Positions 51,601-61,719 of a DNA stretch of 64,000 nucleotides are shown here, piece by piece (the first letter of the stretch is position 1; each line of letters starts with the position of its first letter). Position numbers and translations under genes: made by a program. The notes beneath the pieces were generated by a model that saw nothing but the letters and a program-made list of their open reading frames with translations, was not told where the DNA came from and searched no databases. The DNA comes from Yuukianura sp. NJ FZ-2021. Its lineage: Eukaryota. The stretch lies in contig CM102285.1 of the NCBI GenBank assembly GCA_046563655.1, positions 10,416,001 through 10,480,000 on the forward strand, in the 5' to 3' direction.

Positions 51601-54600
51601 CAAACACACTCAAGGAGATCAAAAGACTGGCATGGTCCAACTTACTCCTTGCCACATGCTCTTCATGGATCAACTTGAGTAAATAATGGTTTAGAGCTAC
51701 ACTGGAACCTTCTGGGAAAGCTCGGAGCTTTTTCTTGTTGATGAAAGCTCTGGAAGCGACCAGGATTTGCTTTTCCTATTGCTCAAAACGCTTCTGCTCC
51801 TCTGCCCAATTTTATAAATTAACTCAAAGCTCTCATTTCCGTTGTCGAAAATTAACTCAACTAGTATTACATACTAAACTATTTCACTATTTGAAGAGCT
51901 TGTTGATTTTTGTTGATTATTTAAACTTTGAAATTATTTCCGCTTGGAAAGGTAATACTTTAAAGGTAAACTTTCGTTAGGTTTAGCACAGCTTAACCAA
52001 AACCTAGCAGAGGGCAAAGCCCTTTTCAAATTTAAATTGAACAATAGGTTCTATTTGAACACGAAACTCTGCTGTGGACATCAATATTTGTTGGTGTTGC
52101 TCGAGTTTCACAAGCTTGTTCTTTTTGTTTGCCTTTTGTGTTAACCCCAATTTTAAACTTAAAGAGAAAGTCTATTCATTAGGGAAAGGAAATTGATGGA
52201 GATTGTCCAACTTTGAATCAACTGGAATTAAAAGAAAAGGTGAAAATTGAATTCCAAAATTAAGTTTTACCTCATAAAGTTAGCTTCTTTTCAACTCAAA
52301 CTTTCTCTAACAATTTTTTTTACTTCGAAGTAAAAAAAAAGTTTAGGCTATGTCATTTTAGCCTCAAATAGCAGTTTGCTTTTGTTCAATGCTTTAGGAG
52401 TTTGGTGGACGTGCGTGTTGAGGAATCGAATGGTCTACTTTTATGTTTTTCAAAATGGGCAACAGACTCCTCCAAAACTCCCTTGGATGCGTGTAGAGTT
52501 TCAGCCTTGATCTTCCTAAAGCCTTTGAACTGAAGATTGTACTTTTAATGATTTGTAATTTTAAGGGATTTTGTTCATTAACTTTCTCCAAAATCTAGAA
52601 AACGGGAGCCGTAAAATTAAATTCTAAAACTCAGGAAAACTTTCTCCTGAAAAGTCTATAAGCTCATTTCGTGGCTTCCTCCCTGTTATATTTTCCACCA
52701 GAAGTAATATTCGCATAAGCTAATTAAAGCGGCAGAAGGTGTGGCTTTTCAGATACCCTTTTTGAAAATTTGGTTTTCTAAAATTATGAAACCGGAATTT
52801 CCTACATCAAAAAGAAAGTTCACCATTACAAAAGACCTGCTTTCCCAGAATAGATAATGCTCAAACTAACTTTCTCTAAAAATAAGTGTGCCTTTTGTAT
52901 ATTTTTGTGTAAAATCGGAATTTGAAATCATTTCACGAGTTTGTATTCAAATTCTTGCTTTCTCTCCGGAAGTTTTAATTAAACATTTTTACGAACCAAA
53001 TGAATCATAATGCAAATTTGATCTGAAACGTAAATTTCACAATAAAGCAATCCTATTCCGATTTTCTAATCATTTTGCTCTGGAAAAACATTCACAAAAC
53101 TGTAAGTTACATTATGAAAAAACTTTTATAATAATTGGTAAAATAAATAAATGTATAATTATTAGATTATAAATATAAATAATACATTAAAGAAGCTGAT
53201 ACGGTTCCGTTTTCGCGTTTTTCTTAAAGTAAAAGTCCTATTATTTCTGGCGCAGCTTTCACTTTATTGTTTCTGCTTTTCTTTTGCCTTTTGTTGGATC
53301 ATGCATGCTTTCTGCGTGAGTTTTTGAAGTTGTTCAAGTAGGATAAAGACGAAAGGCCCAATCACGAGCCTTAAAAACAAAACAAGTCAAGGGCCCTTCA
53401 ACCCTTCTCGTCTTCCTTTTCTGAAGTCAAGTTCTCTTGACATGCTTTTAGGAGAAAGTCAAGGACCAGAGAACGGAAGATCGAAACTTTAGGATGTCAA
53501 AACGTACTAAATTTTGCAGTCAAAGGACAAAGTTTCAGGAAACTTAGCAGTTTCCATAGTCGACAGTAGTGGAAGCCAAATGTGGTAGTGACGTTTTCCT
53601 TTTTTTTGTTCTTATAGCTATCATTGAAGATGGGTATCACTGGAGGAATCCATATCACAATGCAATCCATGCCGCTGATGTCACCCAGGCCATGCACTGC
53701 TTTCTCCAGGAAAGTCGAATTCTGGAGAAGTTACAACCGCTTGAGATTTTTTCTGCCATTGTGGCAGCTGTTACTCATGACCTAGATCATCCTGGAGTCA
53801 ATCAACCTTTCCTTGTGGCAACTTCGAATCATTTGGTAGCTCTGTACAAGGTAAATCAATTGTCAAATTTATCTAACATTATTTACTATACTAGATTTTC
53901 ACTAGACTTTCTCCAGCTTTCTACATACGAACTATCAAAAATATCCGGCACTCTTGTGAGAGAAAACTCACATGCACTTGAAAAACTAAAAATGTGGCAA
54001 ATAATTAAGTGAAAGTTGGCATTTACGTAAATTCATCCAAAAATTTGCCTAACAAGCACCACTGTGCTGGGGCTGAACACGTAATTTCTTCATTAGCTTT
54101 CACTTTTCGCTTGACGTTTTTGAAATGTTAATTACCCAAAACCTACGTAAGATTTGACGGAATTTGGGCGGATTTGTTCAAAAGATGACGTCATTACCAC
54201 CTCCGTTGTTGTGTGCAAAAGGTGATTTTTGCGTAAATGGGTAAAAGGTGTAGTTCATTCTAGGGGAGAAAGGAATCGATGAGTAGTTTCTCCCTCCGGT
54301 TTTTTGGCATAGTAGTCGTAAGTTCATTGCCTCCATGGCTCTGTTGAACTAGTTTAGGACTTTTTCACGACTTTACCAAAAACCTAGAACTCTACCGTAA
54401 AACCTAGAACCTCCCTCCTGACACATTTCCATAGAGCTATTCTTTACTCCTCGGAGCTTGGGCTGTGGGGATTGTAGAGTCGGGGCTTCTAGGTGATTTG
54501 CAAGGCGTGACTGGAGCCCATTTGGGTCGTAAAGCCTATTACCTCACCACCATCTAGGACTTGGGCTGGCGGGACTTAAGGTCTTCAAGATTAGTTTAAT

Positions 54601-57600
54601 GTACCAAGAAGATCAAGTATCAGGGAGGCTGCTGTGGAAGAAGGCATGCTAGCACGGAGCGCCAAAGGAAGGACATTAAAAGTTCAAAGTAGATTTGTCG
54701 TACTGCCGGAAGTTCAGAACGAAATTTTAAATTCCAACACCTCTTCGCAACTTCACAGAAACCAACAGCACCAAAATTTTCATAATTTCTTGGCAAACAA
54801 ACTGAAAGAAAAAATCCTTTTCAAAAATGTAATTTTAAAAATCAAGAATGGTTACCACCTTGACTTTCCCTTTTCAAAATAAAAGCCACACCATTTTCTA
54901 ATCTCTTTCTACTATCACAAAAAGCATACAACGTCTTCTCTTATTACAATTTTTTAAAACTAGAGTCAGTATAGTACAGTTTTCCTTCGAAAAAGAAAAA
55001 TCACGCAGAATTTTATGAATAGGGAAGGCGGATATTATGGGTGAAAGTCAGAAGGAAGCCTATTGTTCCCATTCCCCAATCCAAAAACTTTGGGCACGTG
55101 GAGTGGATTCCAATGACGTAATTCCTGCTCTCCTTAGCTCGCTTGCCAAAAAAAGTGAAAGTTTCAACTTCCTCATGAGTCCATAGCCCTCTGCAGTAAG
55201 TAGTGACTAACGGATCAAACGAAACCTACGCTAACAAAAATTGCACCCGTCCCCTCTCTCCCACCACCACTTCCTCGTTCCGGTAGCATAATTTCCTACA
55301 CTTCCATGGGCCCGTGGAATTGGAAAAGGAACGGAGATAAAGGTGAAGGAACTTTCTTTTTCCTAGGGAAACAAAACTCGTGACTTTCACTTTTTCAAAA
55401 AACAAACTTACCTTTCTCCTTTGAAAATTAAAAACGGAGAGATGAAGGTGAAGTTTTTAAATCACTGTAGAAAAAACACGATTCACAGGCAGAGATTGGG
55501 CGATTGGGGATTTGAGGAATTCGGATGATTCGGAGATGAAGATTCATGTTAAATTTTTTATTACTTTTAGTAACTGTTTGTTTTATTTGTATTTTTAGAA
55601 TTCTTCTGTGCTTGAAAATCATCACTGGCGATCAGCTATGGGGTGTTTGAATGAGAGCGGAGTCAGTGAGGTTCTGGGGCGTGAGAACGTTGCCCTCGTT
55701 GAAGAACAAATAAAGTCTCTAGTTTTGGCAACGGATATTACGCGTCAACAGGAGTTTCTGACGCGTCTGAAGGTAATGAATCATCTTGTAGCTTCGTTGT
55801 CGTTTTCTCCCAACGACATTTCATTTCCTCAGTTTTCTAGATTTTTTTCTCCAAAAAATTAATTTCCTAACAGTAAACAAATGGACTTTTTAAAAGGAAA
55901 TAGCAGTTATAAATTACACGTTAGAAATGATCGATGTTGTCATCCAGGCTTTTCCTCTCTAAAAACGTTTTTTTTTTTGCACTTCTGAATACTGGTCTAG
56001 TTTATACATAACATGACCTAATGCTACTCACCTAACCTAACCGCTACGTTGTTATTATTAGTGTGAATGCTTTCACTAAATGTTGGAAAGACGTGGGTTT
56101 TCAGAATTCAGAAACGTGAAAGCATCTTTGACATTTCTTTAATCCTTCAAGGGTGTTTCCCCCTTGCTTCGTCCGCTGCTTAAGTGAAAATGTGTTTGAT
56201 GACCTTTTGCATTGCAGGCGTACGTTGACACGGATACGTTGGACATGAATGACCCTGGTGTCCGTCACTTTGTTCTTCAAATTGCTCTTAAGTGTGCAGA
56301 CATCTGTAATCCGTGTCGACCGTGGGATATTTCTAGGAAATGGAGCATGAAAGTCTGTGAAGAGTTCTTTCGGCAAGGTGACTACGAGCGTCAACTCCAA
56401 CTGCCTGTCACGCCTGTTTGTGACAGATATGCTACTTCCGTCCCCAAAATACAGACTGGTGAGTTCCGTTTTAACAAAACGATACTTGTTCAGAACAAAG
56501 GGAACAATGTCTCCTAGAGCACAATTTTTGAACATCGTCTCCAGGAAATAAGTTCGAAGTCAATTGAAACGTACAAAATACGGAGAAAGTTGGACTTTCT
56601 CAGCTGAGGACAAAAAAAGCCAGAGTTGAATAGAAGCAGAAGCATAGTTCAACCTGTTTTGGAAATTCATGAACGTTGCAGTTGGGCGATGAGCAATACA
56701 TTTCATCTGATTGAATTTTAATCACATTATGCTGAGTTGATCATTTAATTTGTTTAATGAGGATCTTTAGGAAAAATGAAATCTTTGGAGAAATGTTTCG
56801 GAAAAGCTTGTGATTTCATTTCCTAAAGTAAAAAAAATCTCCAAAAAACCTACACTCATGTTCTTAAACTTAGATGTTTTTTTATTCTAACTAAAAAGTA
56901 AAGTTATGCCTTTGCACTTTGTAAATTCGTAATTTGCAAATGGGAAATTTTCATTTTCTTAATTCCTTTCTAACTCTGAAAGTCTATGCTATGGATGGAT
57001 GGAGTGAAAGATTATTGTGAAAAAAAGAAGAAAGAAAAACTTTTTGACTTTCACTGCTCCAAAAAGACGAAAACTTTTTTTTTTGTTAAAATTATTCTTG
57101 TCTTACGGAAAAGAGAAAGTATAATGTTTCACGATTGAGTTTTTTTTTGTGTTGAATTTTGACCCACTTGATTACCAAGTTTCGAAAAGAAAGAGAAAGG
57201 AAAAAGAAGAAGTTTCTTTGCTTTCCCAATTTGAAAGTTTTTGTTTGTTTTGTTTCAGGCTTTCTAAAATTTGTAGTTCGGCCTCTATTTGAAGAGTGGC
57301 ATCGCATGATGGACACACCGCTGTCGACAGTTATGATTGGCAACTTGAATTCGAACGACATCAAGTGGAACCAACTTCTGGAAGCTGAGCAAAATCAAGA
57401 AGCACTCACTGCCGAAATGGAAGCAGAAGAATCAGAATTAATTCGAAACATGATCATTGAGAATCCGGATTTGATTAATACAAGACCATCGGCACAGCGA
57501 TCCCGAGAGCCCAGTGAATCTGATCGTGAAAGTCGTTCTGTACGCTTCGAACCTACAATAATAACGGCCAGTGACTCTGAAGAGACTTCAGAAGCTGATG

Positions 57601-60600
57601 ATACAATGTACATGCCCAAAATTACTAGAGAGCCTCGCAATACAAATGAGTTTCTCAATATTCCAAGGCCGGATGGTCGGAGGCACTCAATTGCTACAGG
57701 GTTAATGGGTGACAATATGCAAATCCCAGCTCAGCTACTTCAAATGGCCAGTGGACTCAGCAGTGGCAGTGGCAGCTTGCTCAGTATTTCAGACATGGTC
57801 AGTGGCGAGACGTCGACGGGGCGCTTGGTTGGCCGAACGACAATTCGCAGAGAAAGTTTACCAGCGGGGCCTGGAGCACGCGGAGCCGCATTGTCGTCTA
57901 AAACGATTTTGCATTTACAAAAAATTAGTAGCGGACGACTACTGGGTGAAGCTGGGTCATCTACGTCTCCAGCCGTGTCACCACTTGAAGGTGACGACAC
58001 AGTGCCACCTTCTCCAAATCGTGTTTTAACTGAGAAAAGCAGTTGTTCCAGTGCTTCAACGGATGAGATTCTTGACTTTACGTTTAGTCTTCCAGAACCG
58101 TCGAGTCGCTCATCAGGGAGTCCACGTCGTCTCACTGAAACAACAGACTTTGACGAGCTATGTCCGGGCACTAGTATTTTGTCCATGTCAAATCGTGTTG
58201 CACACATAACTCTCCAGCATGGCGCTGATTTAGAAGATCAGCGTCGTCATCTCATACGCCAACAAACATGTCCTGTCGTCAGTGTAAATGCTGATGGAAC
58301 CTTGAGCCAGAGATTTGAGCGTCCGAGATTTCTATCTGCTGCGGCAGCGATTAGTCCAACGGCAGTCGCATCTTCGTCAATAATTACACAGCATCGTCAG
58401 AAAAACAAGAGTCCGGAAAGTGGTGGTGAAGGGGATGGAGCTGGACTGTTGTCGTCAGCTCGTGGAAGTCGTGGAAGCAGCAGCGAGGCGCTGAAGTGTG
58501 AAGTTGTAAGTTGACAAAACTGAAATGCTGTAGTTGTAGATTTAATTTTCCAAAGTTAAACTAAAAGTTGAGTTGTTTTGTTTTACTATGTAGATTTCAG
58601 AAGAGGCGGATCGTCAAAGCGGAAGTTCAGCTGAAGCAAGTCCGCTTGAAATATTTGTACAACAGTTTCCTCCATCCGATGACAATGACGGTTCAGCACC
58701 GCGAAGAGGCAGTGAAAGTTTCCTCAGTGAAAGTGAAGTTCGGAGCATCAGTGCTAGCAATAATAATAGGTCCACGAGCTCACTCAATATTGATCCAGCA
58801 TCCTCTCCTGATGGAACTCCGGATTTGAAGCAACTTCTTCCTTTCGATGGAGTTCCAGCTCAAGAAACTGGTGGGTCAGCTCAGGTCAAAGAGGAAGAAA
58901 CTTCGGCTGGAGAGGAGAGACCAAGATCAAATTTTAGTGTCAGTTGTCAAAGTGGATTTGGACTGGAAGAAAGTGAATTTAGACCCTCCGACTCTCTTCC
59001 TTTGTCGTCATCACCTCAATTAGATCTGAAAGCAGCTAAGCCGAGCAGCAGTCGAGAGAAAGTTGACCCCGCGGCACCCGAAATGAAATCAAATCCAGTC
59101 AACACGACTTCAGGCAGCATCGTAGAAAGTCAAGTTCCAGCAGTCTCTCCATCATATACTACCTCAAACGTATCCATTTCCACACAGACTGACTTATCCA
59201 GTTTTGAAAAGGAGAACATTGATCCAAGAAGTTGTGGCTCAGGTACAGCTAGGGCTCCGCCAAGTGGTGGCTCAGTTACCACAGTTTCCACCGCATCCAC
59301 CTCAATATCCAACCTCAATACGCCCACTCAACTTCCACAAGCTTCTGGTTCAAGTGGCCACATCCCAGTAACGAATGTCCCCTCTTCCACCTCTACTTCA
59401 AACGCCAGTCGCTTAGCAACCATCCTTATGTGGCGGAATAATCGGTTATGGAAGAGTCTTACGGAAGAGGAACATGAAGAGCATCCAACGTCGTCATTGG
59501 ATCTGGATCCAGAAGATGCTCATCATCACTTACACCACCATCACGCCCACGGTGGTGGTCAACTGCCTCTTCCGGACTATTTTGAGCGATGGGACGTTCT
59601 CATGTCACAACAAAGTCATCAAGTAAGTTTATCCTAAGCATCTTCATTTGCCCGGAAGCTTGTAAGCGAGTCAGCATCTTCAAAAAATTTCCAGACTTTC
59701 ACTCAAAGGATCTAAAAATATAAAAATCTGAGACCCCGGAATTGGGAAACTCTTGGATAATGGGAATAGGGAGAATACAATTCAATTTTGGGAAAGTTGG
59801 TTTGAACCGTACCATGCATTCGGTTTTCCTACGCAGTAATTGAAAGCTTCAAGGAAAAAATCCATGAACATGGAATATGGAGAGCATTCAAGTGAAATTT
59901 CCATTTTCTCTACTACTTTCTCCAGCTTCCCTTGTGTGCCAATTTCAGTAGACCAGAAGCACCACCACTGAGATTCAAAGCTTAAACTTTCTCCTCAAAT
60001 TCATATTTTTTTCAAAATCCAGGAAGATGCGAGGAACCAATTCAGCAACTCACCTGTACAAAATCCAATCAAATCAAAATACAAAATATTAATTTTTTTT
60101 TACTACAAAGCACTTGAGGTTCCCATCTAAGCTAAAAATGGCAATTTCCCGGAGAGATCCCACGTCCAATTTCTTTTTTCATATCCAAATCTGGCCTAAA
60201 GTGCTGCCTTCCCTGCTCTAGGTACTTTCACTTATTAGATTCGTTGTGAAACGTCTGCCTCGATGAGTTGAGTGAAGTCTTTGAAGTGGATACAAAATAT
60301 TCTAGATTTTGTTAAGGACCAACTTCAATCAGTACGTTGAGAGGCAGATTGAAATTAGGGCGGATTCGTATTTGAATTTATGATTAGCCAGAGTGCTTGA
60401 CTTTAACTCATTGAATTTGAAGGGAGTTGTGGGCGGACGGCTTCAGATGAGGCGTGGCTCGGCTCCTACGGCGTCTCCAGCTCTGGGTTGTCGCGGTGCT
60501 TTGGATCGGCGTTCGGATCCTACGCAGTATCACTCCAGTAGCTGCGTCTCTTCGAACTTTAACTTTGCAAGTCTCTTTGGAAGCCTTCCGTTGTCGGAGA

Positions 60601-61401
60601 CGCCATCATCAGCTACTGGTTTTGCCTATGGTTTAGGAGCCACAACAAAACAGCAGCAGCTTCGTAGAGGCTCCGCCCCAGTGGAAATGCTTCGACCAAG
60701 TAAGAACGTTAAAACATGCAACATTTTAAAAAATGGCTTTCAAATTTTTAAAAACTTCAAATTGCTCTACCATAGCCATGCTACGGCCGAATCCACCAAG
60801 TTCAAATAAAAAGCAGCCCCCGCCTCGAATGGGTCGCAGAGGATCTCTTCCGACGGATCCATCAGCCAATTCAGGTTAGCATTTTTGAAAAATACGCGTT
60901 AAAAATGTAACGTTATTAGTTTGAAAAAAGCACAAGCTAAAATTTTAACTTGTGATGTGCAGAGTCTTCTTTTGCGTACAAATGGATGCATGTTTTCCCG
61001 TACAATGAAGATGATGGTCTCGCAGCATCAATGAAACGTCGAAGTTCTGGTACTGAGCTCTATGCAGCGGCACACACAAAAATCCCAACAACCTCCGCCA
61101 TAGCATCCTGGAACGCCCAGCTTCTCATGGATCAGTTGCATGCGTCCGGAAGTGCTGGTCCATCGTCATGTGCTGCCAGCGTCCTCTGGCCAGGAGTTCG
61201 ACGTGGGTCGTTGCCAATTGAAGTGTATGCTTCTGGCTCATGCTCTTCTGAATCTGAATCCTCCGGTAAGGTTTCGAGTAAGCCCAAGACGCTGACTTCA
61301 AAACAAAACACATTCAATTAAAATTTTGCTTACAAAATGTTGTTCAAAAGTTTAAAAAACTTACAATTTTCAATTTAGCTGGAGATAGCAGCGACGCCTA
61401 G
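21573..61401 (+). CDS. PDE7: cAMP-specific 3',5'-cyclic nucleotide phosphodiesterase, PDE7 family, with long Ser-rich C-terminal tail
   Basis: Phase-consistent exons: 21573-21665 and 37603-37654 (both tentative), then 48239-48526, 49333-49428, 53618-53850, 55599-55772, 56218-56458, 57259-58505, 58594-59622, 60423-60699, 60776-60874, 60963-61265 and 61379-61401. Catalytic motifs [81 protein letters not shown] and IQTGF match recalled PDE7A/B sequence. Confidence 0.9.
28863..29016. mobile_element. Degenerate MITE-like inverted repeat
   Basis: TTGGCCAAAAGTGAAAAGACCA (~28884) pairs with TGGCCTTTTCACTTTTGGCCAA (~28973). The outer ends are CAGGG...CCCTG and there is a central CCTAACCTA. Confidence 0.55.
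34361..34404. repeat. 15-bp tandem repeat, 3 copies
   Basis: AGCCGATATTTCTAA-AACCTATATTTCTAA-AGCCGATATTTCTA. Confidence 0.7.
36139..36734. mobile_element. 596-bp foldback/MITE-like element with 237-bp inverted arms
   Basis: By eye, 36139-36375 (AAAGGAGATGGCAC...ATATATGTCAA) is the reverse complement of 36498-36734 (TTGACATATAT...GTGCCATCTCCTTT) with no mismatch seen. The spacer is 122 bp and there is no coding capacity. Confidence 0.85.
37603..37654 (+). other. Putative 52-bp PDE7 exon ([17 protein letters not shown])
   Basis: Pyrimidine tract plus TTCCAG| acceptor and CAG|GTGAGA donor. The phase-1 end joins AA-ATG at 48239 in frame (E-M-K-L-S-R). Confidence 0.6.
51183..51439. mobile_element. 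Mutator/foldback-type MITE with modular TIRs and 9-bp TSD
   Basis: Four AATCTAAGCA units on the left, four inverted TGCTTAGATT units on the right, and central GGTTAGGTTTGGTTAG runs. TTCATCTCC flanks it directly at 51174-51182 and 51440-51448. Confidence 0.8.
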
Positions 61402-61719
61402 CATAAATCCAAACTGAATCTTCGTCATCTCCACCATCACCAAGCGAATCTGCCTCATTCAATATCATCATCAACTTCCCAAAACGTAAAGTCTGAACAG
61501 AATGGATCTAATTCAGATGAGTCCAAGTGCTCAAACTTTAAAACTGCTTCGCCAATTTCGCTTCATCAAAAGGGAATCGCTGCTGTAATTCAGACACTGT
61601 TTCTCAAGCGTATTCCAATCGCTGAAGATGGAGGTTCCGAATCTGTCATCCACTTTGAAGTTGAAGATGCTTCATTTTTCTATCATCACACTTTCCAAGA
61701 AAGACGGCGGTCTGTATGA
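61402..61719 (+). other. In-frame 105-codon ORF immediately after the PDE7 TAG (candidate readthrough extension)
   Basis: GCC TAG CAT AAA TCC... continues without a stop to ...GAA AGA CGG CGG TCT GTA TGA (61717-61719). There is no in-frame ATG. Confidence 0.55.

Noticed and set aside
57395..58207. Antisense ORFs (106-155 aa) over the large PDE7 exon
   Set aside because: Shadow ORFs of a GC-richer coding exon with no motif support.
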